DNA from: a bacterium
Lineage (GTDB): Bacteria; SAR324; NAC60-12
Assembly (NCBI GenBank): GCA_965233585.1
Contig: CBDDTI010000747.1
Span: forward strand, 448,001 to 512,000
Direction of reading: 5' to 3'
Length of the DNA: 64,000 nucleotides
Shown here: positions 10,039 to 18,954 of the stretch, piece after piece
How the letters are laid out: each line of letters begins with the position of its first letter
Numbering within the stretch: position 1 is the stretch's first letter
Notes under the pieces: model-generated
Database searches by the model: none
What the model was told of the DNA's origin: nothing
The model's input: only the letters and a program-made list of their open reading frames with translations
Made by a program: the position numbers and the translations under genes

Positions 10039-11079
10039 TTAACGTTCCAAACTATAATGTCTTGAAGGTAGGGATTTTAAAGTAGAGATAGCAAGTTCTG
10101 GAGTGATGTCTCGTTGAGGGCAAGCGAACATTTCATAACCCACCATGAACTTTTTCACAGTGGCAGAACGTAATAAAGGAGGGTAAAAAGACAGGTGAAA
10201 ATGCCATGCCTCTTGGGGTGTGTTGTCGGTGGGGGCTTGATGAATGCCTGCAGAATAAGGAAAGGACGTTTGAAAAAGATTGTCATACATCGTGGTCAGC
10301 TTTTTTATCACTTCAGCAAAAGACATTCTTTCTTGCTCTCCAAGCTGATTGATGTGTTGATGATGTTTTTTGGGAAGAATCATAGCTTCGTAAGGCCAGA
10401 CTGCCCAGTAAGGCACTAAGGCAACAAAATCTGCATTCTCAATCAAAATTCTCTCTTGGCATTCCAGTTCTTGTTGTAAGTAATCGCCTAACAAACTTCG
10501 TTGGTGTTGCTTCCAATACTCTTGCTGTTTTTGTGTTTTCTTCAGAACTTCAGAAGGAATGGAAGATTGAGCCCAAATTTGACCATGTGGATGCGGATTG
10601 CTACACCCCATCAATGCCCCTTTGTTTTCAAAAATCTGCACGTAGTTAATCTCTGGGTTTGCTCCCAACTCTTGGTATTCTTTTTGCCAGACTTTGATGA
10701 CTTGGGCGATGGACTCAACAGACATCAAAGGCAATGTCAGTGAGTGATGAGGAGAAAAACAAACCACTCGGCAAATTCCTGTCTCTACTTCTGCTCGCAG
10801 CAACCCCTTTTCAAAGTGCATCACTTCACCTTGCAAAATGGCAGAAAAATCATTTTGGAAGACAAAAGTCTCTTGATAATCAGGATTGACTAAACCGCCA
10901 GCTCTTTGATTCTTTGGGCATAAGTAACAAGAAGGGTCATAAGCCTGTTGAGGCAGAGAGAGTGCTTTTTCTGTCTGACCTTGCCAAGGACGTTTGGTTC
11001 TGTGAGGAGACACCAAAACCCAATCTCCTGTCAAAATGTTGTATCTTCTATGAGACGTTTGATTGAGTTCAGCTAGCAT
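10039..11079 (-). CDS. galT: UDP-glucose--hexose-1-phosphate uridylyltransferase
   Basis: HRRYNILTGDWVLVSPHRTKRPWQG, FENKGALMGCSNPHPHGQIW, VKKFMVGYE. Confidence 0.97.
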   Translation of the reverse strand: MLAELNQTSHRRYNILTGDWVLVSPHRTKRPWQGQTEKALSLPQQAYDPSCYLCPKNQRAGGLVNPDYQETFVFQNDFSAILQGEVMHFEKGLLRAEVETGICRVVCFSPHHSLTLPLMSVESIAQVIKVWQKEYQELGANPEINYVQIFENKGALMGCSNPHPHGQIWAQSSIPSEVLKKTQKQQEYWKQHQRSLLGDYLQQELECQERILIENADFVALVPYWAVWPYEAMILPKKHHQHINQLGEQERMSFAEVIKKLTTMYDNLFQTSFPYSAGIHQAPTDNTPQEAWHFHLSFYPPLLRSATVKKFMVGYEMFACPQRDITPELAISTLKSLPSRHYSLER

Positions 11080-11083
11080 TTGA

Positions 11084-11236
11084 TCATTGCAGAAAGTTTT
11101 GACTGACTGATTCCACCAGTTGAATCAGAGTGCCATAGGCAGGAACATCTTCACGGTACATTTGAGACACAGCTCTAGCAAAATGCTTTCTGATTTCACT
11201 GAGTTTTGCAAATTCTGTATGAGTGTTTTTATTCAT
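11084..11236 (-). pseudogene. N-terminal remnant of 2-oxoadipate dioxygenase/decarboxylase (HglS/YdcJ, DUF1338)
   Basis: IRKHFARAVSQMYREDVPAYGTLIQLVESV resembles the YdcJ N-terminus, then stops after about 50 aa. Confidence 0.65.
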
Positions 11237-11280
11237 AGTCTGGGTTAAAATCAAAAATTGACTAGCAACTTGGGTTTGGA

Positions 11281-12354
11281 TTAGTTTGATGTTTTCTTCC
11301 AAAAACCCACAGCACAGACTTGGGACTTCTTTAATCCAATGTCAGAAAAGTACTGCTTCATCAATGCAGCTTCTTGTTGATAAGAAACAAACCAGCAATA
11401 AGTTTCTGTGCTTTTAGGAATCTCAATGGCTTTGACTGCTTCTGCTAGGTTTGCTTGTTTATTGCGAAAAATCCATTCTACTTGAATATCTGATTTTGTA
11501 TTGACTTCTTGCATGCTTTCTGGAGTAGGTACTAGCATCACAGCATGTCCCTTCATACCTTCTGGAGCAGACTCCAAGACACGCATGACTGTTGGTAAGG
11601 CAGTTTCATCAGCAGCCATCAAAATCCATTCTTGATGGCTTGGTGGAGGTGTCCCGCCTGGTCCTGAAATTCCGACTGTTTCGCCAATAGGAAGGCTTGC
11701 TGCCCATTCTGAGGTAGGACCTCCTTCATGGATAAAAATATCAAATATCAATTCTTTTTGGGCTAAGTCAAGAAAGCGAGTGGTGTATGTTTTCCGAATC
11801 AATGCGTGTTCTCCTTGTGGCCAAATCGTGTTGCCTTTCTCATTGATCAGAGGCCAAATCGTGCGTTCTGAAGGCTGGCAAGAGCGAATCAACTTAAAAT
11901 GCAAGGCTTGTGTAAATCGTTCTAAATCTTCTCCTTGAACAGTCATACGATAAAAATGAGGGGTCAACAATTCTACTTTTTTGACTTGAACCAATCGGAA
12001 GTTAGGAGGAAAGGCATTGACTGCAATCTCCCCAGACCATGTTAATTCAGGCAAATGTCCATCTTGGGTCAGTTGATCTTCTTCAAAATGCTGGTTGATA
12101 TGGGCAATGCGGTCTCGTGATTCTTGTAATTTTGTGGCATCATTGCAGACGATTTGAAAAGTAATATTTTCCGTAGTGTTTTGAACGATTGTCATTGTTC
12201 CAAAAGGGCTGTGAGCAATCAAGGTTTGTTCATCAGGAGTTTCTAGTTGACGTTCTGGGTCGCTGTGTTCTTGTAGCAAGTTTTTCCAATAATCCAAAAG
12301 CAGTTTTGCTTTTAACGTTTGGAGGCTTGCTGTGGTTTTAAATTCTTGCATCAT
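11281..12354 (-). CDS. Siderophore-interacting protein (FAD-binding, ViuB/YqjH-like) with N-terminal extension
   Basis: LTPHFYRMT, RKTYTTR, DIFIHEGGPTSEWA, GPGG, ADETALP, GFWK. Confidence 0.9.
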   Translation of the reverse strand: MMQEFKTTASLQTLKAKLLLDYWKNLLQEHSDPERQLETPDEQTLIAHSPFGTMTIVQNTTENITFQIVCNDATKLQESRDRIAHINQHFEEDQLTQDGHLPELTWSGEIAVNAFPPNFRLVQVKKVELLTPHFYRMTVQGEDLERFTQALHFKLIRSCQPSERTIWPLINEKGNTIWPQGEHALIRKTYTTRFLDLAQKELIFDIFIHEGGPTSEWAASLPIGETVGISGPGGTPPPSHQEWILMAADETALPTVMRVLESAPEGMKGHAVMLVPTPESMQEVNTKSDIQVEWIFRNKQANLAEAVKAIEIPKSTETYCWFVSYQQEAALMKQYFSDIGLKKSQVCAVGFWKKTSN

Positions 12355-12510
12355 GTTTTTAGGTTTAAAATGGTTATGGCTAAATCATCGTTTTTTCAAT
12401 TCACAGTGATTAAATTTTGCTCAAAGTGGAAAAAAGATTTGGAGAATTTGAGAAAAAGTTTAAAAAATCAAAACTATACGCGAATCCGACTCAAATTGTA
12501 ATAAAAAAAC

Positions 12511-12540
12511 TTGACAACGTTTGGGCATTCCGATTAGAAT
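12511..12540 (+). promoter_or_regulatory. Near-consensus sigma70 promoter
   Basis: TTGACA-18 nt-TAGAAT. Confidence 0.6.
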
Positions 12541-12593
12541 CGTGATTTTGGATTGGACGCAATAATTAAAACATCTAACCTAGAGTTCATCAA

Positions 12594-12680
12594 ATGAGTG
12601 ACTTGATTTTACTTTCGTCTGGTATGTCATTATCTCACCTCCTTCCTTCTTCCTTCTGTTGTTGCTGTTGTTGCAGCTAA
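12594..12680 (+). CDS. Putative 28-aa micro-ORF with six consecutive Cys (MSDLILLSSGMSLSHLLPSSFCCCCCCS)
   Basis: Translated by hand; lies 53 nt after the -10 box; no clear RBS. Confidence 0.35.
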   Translation: MSDLILLSSGMSLSHLLPSSFCCCCCCS

Positions 12681-12882
12681 CATTTCTTCTTTCAAAAAGG
12701 GTTTCTTATTAGGAACTCAAAAAAATCAATCTCATATTTTTTTGACTTGCTTTAAAACAGTTGATTGAACAGACTGTTTGAAAGTGTCTTTGGACAGGTT
12801 CTTTAGAGTCAATTTTTAGCTTTCTTAGCTTTCTTAAATCTTGTTTTAGCTTTTTTTAATTTTTTATATTGAGGAGTTTTAG

Positions 12883-13158
12883 ATGACCCAGTCATTCGTT
12901 ATTTCTTTTGGAATGGAAGCGATCCGTATGTCAGTGATCCTTTCTGCTCCGATGTTAGTTGGAGCTTTGGTGATAGGTTTGATTATTTCTATTTTTCAGG
13001 CAGTGACACAAATTCAAGAGCAAACTTTAGCAATCATTCCCAAAATGGCAGCAATCTTGGGCATCATGGCGTTTTTGTTCCCATGGCTTTTGGCACAATC
13101 TGTTAGCTATATGGAAGCTGTTTTTGTCAACCTTCCCCGTTATGTGGTAGGAGGTTAA
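12883..13158 (+). CDS. fliQ: Flagellar/T3SS export apparatus protein FliQ
   Basis: 91 aa with signature GLIISIFQAVTQIQEQTLAIIPK; GAGGAG RBS. Confidence 0.92.
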   Translation: MTQSFVISFGMEAIRMSVILSAPMLVGALVIGLIISIFQAVTQIQEQTLAIIPKMAAILGIMAFLFPWLLAQSVSYMEAVFVNLPRYVVGG

Positions 13159-13159
13159 T

Positions 13160-14632
13160 ATGTTGGACTATATGAGAGATAGCAAATCCATTTTGCAAGG
13201 TCAGCATCATCAGGTGGCAGATGTGTTTGACGTGTCTATCAGGGAGCAAGGCACAACCACTGTTTATGGTCAAACGACCAAAAGCATGTTGGAAGATTTT
13301 GAAGCGATGGAGGAATTTGGTGCAGTCAGAAAACAAATTGCCTCCTTTAACTTTAGGGATTTATACACTGTGCAAGATCAATTTGTGGAAGTTTTGAAAG
13401 ACAGGCAAAGCGATCTTGAAGGCTGTTTTGCCGCCTTTCCTTTGGAAGACTATGATGTCAGTTTGAAAAAATTTGACAACTATCAAATTCCCAATCTCTT
13501 CATTGATGTTTTTTTTGCTCATGCAGACTCTACTTTTATTTATGAAGAAGCTCATCAAAAAGCAGAGTTATTGATTAAAGTGCTTAAACAGGCAAGGAAG
13601 ATTCTGGCTCCTGCTCAGATCAATCCTAAAACGGGCAAGCCGATTGGGGAAATTTACATCAATTTTGGTGATTATTTTGAGCAAAGGGAGCATGTCAGTT
13701 TTTTTGATGATGTGTTTACAGAAGTCAAAAAAGTCAGCTTTCAGGGAGTCTGCTTTGAAGAATTTCGGGGGATTAGTTTGTTGGAAGACATCTATTCTGC
13801 CACACAGTACTTGCGTGAACATTTTCCTCATGGGCAATATCAAATTTTGTCTCATATTCATGGGGGCAATGGGTTGGAAGATGCAGCAAATTTAGTGGCA
13901 GCAGTGGCTGGGGCAAATGGTGTTTGGTCTGCTTTGACGCCTCTTTCTTCGCTTTCTTCACACGGGTCGTCATTGGTTTATCTGACCAATTTAATCCGTT
14001 ATGGCAACCCCCAAGTTGAACAAAAATACAACATGAAGAAATCCTATCAGATTAGCAAAGAGATGTATCTGCGTTCTTTTGCTAATCAAGAGCAGATTCC
14101 AAGAGAACTGCCCGTCATTGGAAGGAACGCTTACAACCTGAATCGTGCAGACCTTTCACAAGAAGATAATGATATTCCAAACACAATTCCGAGTCAAAAA
14201 ATAGGGAGAACGTTGTCTCATCGCTTCGTCCCCCTTCTGTATGACCATGCTTCCATTCAAGCACGATTTGCAGAGTTGGGGTTTCACATCAATCATTTTC
14301 AGATAGAGCAATTCACAAACTACGTGCATCAACGTCTTGTTGATGATTTTCATTATACTGAAGACACCAGAATAGACTTTGATTCTCCTGAATTTTTAAA
14401 AAGTTACATCTGCCAATCTTTGCAAAAGAAACAAGCAGTCAACTTTTGGGATACAACGACCATCACATCTCATGTCAATCTTTGCAAAAGAAACAAGCAA
14501 TCAATTTTTGGGATACAACGACCATCACATCTCATGTCAATCTTTGCAAAAGAAACAAGCAGTCAGTTTTTAGCTTATAACTCATTTAAGCGGGTCAAAA
14601 TCTGCAAGACCCCAAAACACAGGGAGAGTTGA
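13160..14632 (+). CDS. Divergent DRE-TIM metallolyase (HMGL-like / isopropylmalate-homocitrate synthase superfamily); C-terminus altered by a tandem repeat
   Basis: DVSIRE (D-R-E helix), SHIHGGNG (HxH metal ligands), AAVAGANGV. Confidence 0.65.
   Translation: MLDYMRDSKSILQGQHHQVADVFDVSIREQGTTTVYGQTTKSMLEDFEAMEEFGAVRKQIASFNFRDLYTVQDQFVEVLKDRQSDLEGCFAAFPLEDYDVSLKKFDNYQIPNLFIDVFFAHADSTFIYEEAHQKAELLIKVLKQARKILAPAQINPKTGKPIGEIYINFGDYFEQREHVSFFDDVFTEVKKVSFQGVCFEEFRGISLLEDIYSATQYLREHFPHGQYQILSHIHGGNGLEDAANLVAAVAGANGVWSALTPLSSLSSHGSSLVYLTNLIRYGNPQVEQKYNMKKSYQISKEMYLRSFANQEQIPRELPVIGRNAYNLNRADLSQEDNDIPNTIPSQKIGRTLSHRFVPLLYDHASIQARFAELGFHINHFQIEQFTNYVHQRLVDDFHYTEDTRIDFDSPEFLKSYICQSLQKKQAVNFWDTTTITSHVNLCKRNKQSIFGIQRPSHLMSIFAKETSSQFLAYNSFKRVKICKTPKHRES
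14414..14573 (+). repeat. 62-bp tandem repeat, about 2.5 copies
   Basis: CAATCTTTGCAAAAGAAACAAGCA begins at 14414, 14476 and 14538, with near-identical intervening sequence. Confidence 0.95.
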
Positions 14633-15006
14633 TATATGGCGATTTGCGTGTTCGTCATCTGACACTGCTTTTAAATTCTGTTTTCCAACAGCTGATGTGA
14701 CAAGTGAAGTAGGAATGGGTTCAATGACGAAAATAAGTTTTTCATCAAATTTTGAGAATAAGTTTGAAAAATCTTGATAATTTTTAAAAAAGTGTTATAT
14801 TCTTCTGAACTTAGTTTGAAGAAGCCTTTTAAAAATGCAAGATTGTAATCTGTTTTCACTCCCTCATCCTTATTTTCTTTCGCTTCTACATGCGTTGTTT
14901 CATTAAGACTAAGTAGGTCCCGTTCGCTTTCAAAGGAAGCGTTGTTTTTACACTGATTTATCTCGCTTGAATCAGTTTTTAATGAACCTATTTAGAACTT
15001 TTTAAA

Positions 15007-15861
15007 ATGAAATCAACAGTACCAATTTTATCAGAATTTTTGCACCCAGAGATTCAAGAACATTTAGAGACTTTAATTGTCAAACGCATTGGGCATTCTC
15101 CTGATGCTTACATGATCACCGATTGTATTCTTTCTGACCTTCTACCAAAAAGACGTTACAGATTTGCCAAACATGGTTTTGAGCAGGTAGATGTTCAAAC
15201 TCCATTGACTGCTTACGATGACCAAACAGAAGCAGACATTCCCTATCTGACTTTAACAGGAGAATGGTGTTACCAAACGTCAAAGGACTTTGCTCTTGGA
15301 GAAAAGAACTCAAATATACTAGGAGACAACGGAGCATTGTTGCTGGATCTTGCTGAACAGAAATTGAGCTTGCCTGTCATCTCTGCCACACAAAAAGCCT
15401 TGAATGTTTACGGAGCTCAGTTAGTGAAGTGGGGAGACGTCATTTCTTTTCCCTGCTCACAACCCTTACCTGCAACAGTGGTCAGGGTTGGTAAAGACTA
15501 TGTGGAAGATTATTTGTTGGTGACAGATAAAGGCGGGGGGTGTTATTTGGAATACCATGACCGCCCTCATTTTCATTCGCCGATGGACGAACAGGCTGGA
15601 GGGTGTTTGATTTTGGGTAAAGCCAATATTCCAAGAAAGACCTATCAGATTACAGGCTTTCGTATCCCTTATGGTTATGGGGTTCTGATGCACCCCAGCG
15701 TTTTGCATGCAGATTCATACCTCATTGGAAAATTTATTGTTGTTTACCATGTGGCTTATCACTATTCCACTGTCATTATGTATAACCAAAATCTTCAAAG
15801 TTGTAGTTTCAATCTGATTCCCATGAGTGCCAAGTGCAATCCTCCAAACGAAAAGCCATAG
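15007..15861 (+). CDS. Hypothetical protein with C-terminal cupin-like (ureidoglycolate lyase-like) domain
   Basis: YLEYHDRPHFH and FRIPYGYGVLMHPSVLHAD motifs. Confidence 0.5.
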   Translation: MKSTVPILSEFLHPEIQEHLETLIVKRIGHSPDAYMITDCILSDLLPKRRYRFAKHGFEQVDVQTPLTAYDDQTEADIPYLTLTGEWCYQTSKDFALGEKNSNILGDNGALLLDLAEQKLSLPVISATQKALNVYGAQLVKWGDVISFPCSQPLPATVVRVGKDYVEDYLLVTDKGGGCYLEYHDRPHFHSPMDEQAGGCLILGKANIPRKTYQITGFRIPYGYGVLMHPSVLHADSYLIGKFIVVYHVAYHYSTVIMYNQNLQSCSFNLIPMSAKCNPPNEKP

Positions 15862-16619
15862 ACGCATTCATTTTTGTAGCCCTCTTTTTAGGATTGGGCT
15901 ACTCCATCTGGGAAAGTGGCAGTCAGTTCAACTACAACTGGCAATGGAATCAGGTTTTGTCATTTTTCTATGAAATTGATGAAGGAGAGTTTTATTTTGG
16001 CGTTTTTTATGATGGTTTGGTGGTGACTTTTCAGGTGGCAGGAACGTCTTTTGTGTTGGCATCATTGCTTGGCTTGGTGGTGATGCTGATGTCTCAAAGT
16101 TCAAGTTATGTTGCCAAAGGCTGGAGTCTGGTCTACGTTGAATTGATACGGAATACACCTGTTTTAATACAGATTTATTTGATTTATTTTTTACTGGGTC
16201 CAACTTTAGGCTGGAGTCGTATGACATGCGGAATTGTAGCTTTGTCCATTTTTGAATCGGCTTATGTTGCAGAAATTTTTAGGTCTGGAGTGCAAAGTGT
16301 TCCCAAAGGGCAATGGGAGGCATCTCGTTCTCTGGGGTTGTCACAATTCAGAACCTATTTGTTTGTGATTCTACCCCAAGCCTTGCGTTTAGTTTTACCA
16401 CCAATGACTAATGTACTCATCAATTTGGTCAAAAATTCTTCTATTGTGAGCGTCATTGCGATTGCAGATTTAACAACAGAAGCTAGAAATGCTGTTGCAG
16501 ACACGTTCCTTTCCTTTGAAATTTGGTTTTCAGTGGCATTGGTTTATTTAATCATCACAATTTTGATTTCTGTCAGCATGGGCTTTGTGGAGTCTCTGGT
16601 GAGGATTAAAGGGACTTAA
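15834..16619 (+). CDS. Polar amino acid ABC transporter permease (HisM/GlnP family)
   Basis: YVELIRNTP, AYVAEIFRSG-SVPKGQWEA-SLG, ILPQA. Confidence 0.92.
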   Translation: MQSSKRKAIDAFIFVALFLGLGYSIWESGSQFNYNWQWNQVLSFFYEIDEGEFYFGVFYDGLVVTFQVAGTSFVLASLLGLVVMLMSQSSSYVAKGWSLVYVELIRNTPVLIQIYLIYFLLGPTLGWSRMTCGIVALSIFESAYVAEIFRSGVQSVPKGQWEASRSLGLSQFRTYLFVILPQALRLVLPPMTNVLINLVKNSSIVSVIAIADLTTEARNAVADTFLSFEIWFSVALVYLIITILISVSMGFVESLVRIKGT

Positions 16620-16629
16620 TTTTTTTAAA

Positions 16630-17493
16630 ATGTTTAAAAAATTACATTATTTAGACGTACTCTTAATCATCGCTTTGGGTGTATTGACCTTTTTGGTTTA
16701 TACCAATGTCAGTCAATTTAACTATAACTGGCAGTGGGACAGTGCTTGGTCGTTTCTTGTCAAGTATGATGAATCTGAAGGCTACAGTCTGGGTGTGATG
16801 ACTTCAGGACTGTTGGTTACACTTAAAATTGTCTTTTGGTCAACAATCATTGCTTTGGTTGTTGGGGGCATTTTAGGTGTCTCAAGGATTAGTCGCATTT
16901 TATTTTTAAAGTTGTTCAGTCGGACTTATGTGGAATTGATTAGAAACATTCCACCTTTGGTCTTTTTGTTTATTTTCTATTTTTTCATTTCTTCGCAGAT
17001 TATGCCTTTAGCCAACATTGCTACTTGGACGCAAGGACTCTCTGCAACACAGAAGCAATGGATTACCATCTTTTTTGTTAAGCCTGAATTGATTGAAAAC
17101 TTTGTCTCAGGAGCCATTTGTCTAGCATTGTTTGAGGCAGCCTATATCGCAGAAATTGTGCGAGCAGGGCTTGAATCCATTCCTAAGGGACAATGGGAGG
17201 CTTCCAGCTCGCTTGGCATGAGTTGGTATAGGCAAGTTCGTCATGTCATCTTACCCCAAGCCACAATGCGTGTCTTGCCTCCTCTGGCAGGTCAAGTCAT
17301 TTCACTTGTCAAAGATTCCTCCATTTTGTCCATCATTTCTATTCAAGAACTGACATTTTCCACCCTAGAACTCCAAGTTTCTACAAGACGAATGTTTGAG
17401 TTGTGGCTGATGACAGCAGGGCTTTATTTTATGGTCTGCTTTTGCTTCTCAATCCTTTTCCGCACTTTAGAAAAAAGAAAAAATTCTATTTAA
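16630..17493 (+). CDS. Polar amino acid ABC transporter permease (HisM/GlnP family)
   Basis: YVELIRNIPP, AYIAEIVRAG-SIPKGQWEA, LVKDSS. Confidence 0.92.
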   Translation: MFKKLHYLDVLLIIALGVLTFLVYTNVSQFNYNWQWDSAWSFLVKYDESEGYSLGVMTSGLLVTLKIVFWSTIIALVVGGILGVSRISRILFLKLFSRTYVELIRNIPPLVFLFIFYFFISSQIMPLANIATWTQGLSATQKQWITIFFVKPELIENFVSGAICLALFEAAYIAEIVRAGLESIPKGQWEASSSLGMSWYRQVRHVILPQATMRVLPPLAGQVISLVKDSSILSIISIQELTFSTLELQVSTRRMFELWLMTAGLYFMVCFCFSILFRTLEKRKNSI

Positions 17494-17510
17494 ACCAATC
17501 TCTTGAATGA

Positions 17511-17912
17511 ATGATAACAGAAAAAATGAAAATTGATTTACTAACCATCAAAGAGGCTAGCCAATGGGCAAGTGACTATTTGAAAAAGAACATTACAACA
17601 TCAAATATCTCTTATCTCATTCAATATGGGAAGGTTAAAAAATATCAAAAAAACGGTCGCACAACTATCAACAAAAATGACCTAATCAACTATTATCAAA
17701 GCTACCATTATCAAAGAAAAAATGACTGGCATGAGCAATTAGGAGAAGATTTAAATTGGGCTTTATCTTTTGATTTTTTTATGAAAGAAAATTCTTTTTT
17801 AGACAATAATTGCGGCTCAAGACCGCAATGGCTGATAGCAAGTCAAGCCATGACCCATCCAACCTTATTACTTTTTTGTCATTCTGAACTGGATTCAGAA
17901 TCTCAAAAATAG
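17511..17912 (+). pseudogene. Truncated HTH-fused DNA methyltransferase (N-terminal DNA-binding part only), running into REP elements
   Basis: TIKEASQWAS-YL-KNITTSNISYLIQYG...QLGEDLNWALSFD resembles the N-terminus of type II MTases; no MTase motifs follow, and the tail (CHSELDSESQ) is translated REP. Confidence 0.6.
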
Positions 17913-17983
17913 AGGATGAAAACTCACTCCAGAGGAAAATAAGAAATTAGGAGAAGTGGGGTTGTAGGTCAAGCCTGCAATAA
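17811..17983. repeat. Cluster of REP-like palindromes
   Basis: GTCATTCTGAACTGGATTCAGAATCT at 17878, plus degenerate inverted copies near 17811 and 17962. Confidence 0.65.
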
Positions 17984-18009
17984 CTGGAAGGTGAAGAGTA
18001 CTAAATTGG

Positions 18010-18294
18010 CTAAAGCAGAATTTCCCATTCAGAAGGTAAAAGGTAATGCTTGCTGCTGTTGCATTCTTTACAAGCAGGGACAACATTGGATTTGACGCTT
18101 TTGCCTCCCCTTGAAATAGGGACAACATGATCCATCGTCAACTTTTTTGCTGCAAATTGTTGCTTGCAATAATAGCAGATGTTGTATGCCCTGCGGTTCT
18201 TCCACCATTGGGAGTTTCGCAAATCTCTTGCTCTACGTTTTTCTCTGGCAATATGTTCTGGGTCTGCCACCTCAAAAAAAACAGAGTTTGTCAT
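18010..18294 (-). CDS. Small HNH endonuclease
   Basis: CYYC, LTMDHVVPISRGGKS, NVVPACKECN; ATG overlaps the leuD stop (TGATG). Confidence 0.9.
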   Translation of the reverse strand: MTNSVFFEVADPEHIAREKRRARDLRNSQWWKNRRAYNICYYCKQQFAAKKLTMDHVVPISRGGKSVKSNVVPACKECNSSKHYLLPSEWEILL

Positions 18295-18917
18295 CAGTGA
18301 TTCAAGTCGTTCCAAGGTGTTTGGCAGAGGCTGTTTTTTTCAAATTGTTCAATGTGTTCTAAAAATTGCAGTGTCCAACCAATTTCATCTAATCCTTTCA
18401 ACAACTTTTCTTTGGCAAAAGAATCCACATCAAAGCTAAAAAGGTTGCCTTCAGGCGTCAATACGGTTTGTTCTCTCAAATCTACTTCTACTTGAGCATG
18501 CTCCTTTGATTCAATTTCTGTGAATAATTGTTGAATGTCAGCATTGCTTAATTTGATTGGTAAAATACCATTTTTAAAACAATTATTGTAAAAAATGTCA
18601 GCAAAACTTGGTGCTAAGATGCAACGGAATCCGTAATCATGCAAAGCCCAAGGGGCATGCTCACGGCTTGAACCACAGCCAAAGTTATCTCGTGTGACAA
18701 GGATTTTTGCCCCTTGGTAACGTGGCTCATTTAGCTCAAACTCGGGGTTTGGAACTTCCCCTTCATCATCAAGAAACCGCCAATCGTGGAAAAGATGCTT
18801 GCCAAAACCTGTGCGTTCAATCTTTTTTAAAAACTGTTTGGGAATGATGGCATCAGTGTCCACATCAACACGGTTGAGTAATGCAGCAGTGGCTTTGAGG
18901 TGAATCAATGGAGTCAT
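18294..18917 (-). CDS. leuD: 3-isopropylmalate dehydratase small subunit
   Basis: [36 protein letters not shown]. Confidence 0.97.
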   Translation of the reverse strand: MTPLIHLKATAALLNRVDVDTDAIIPKQFLKKIERTGFGKHLFHDWRFLDDEGEVPNPEFELNEPRYQGAKILVTRDNFGCGSSREHAPWALHDYGFRCILAPSFADIFYNNCFKNGILPIKLSNADIQQLFTEIESKEHAQVEVDLREQTVLTPEGNLFSFDVDSFAKEKLLKGLDEIGWTLQFLEHIEQFEKNSLCQTPWNDLNH

Positions 18918-18954
18918 TTTTTAAGAAATGTTTTTTGTGAGGTATGTTTTGGAT

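Noticed and set aside
12635..12644. 16S rRNA 3' end (TCACCTCCTT)
   Set aside because: No other rRNA sequence around it
14414..14573. Possible mini CRISPR array
   Set aside because: The intervening sequences are near-identical, so this is a tandem repeat; no cas genes in the window
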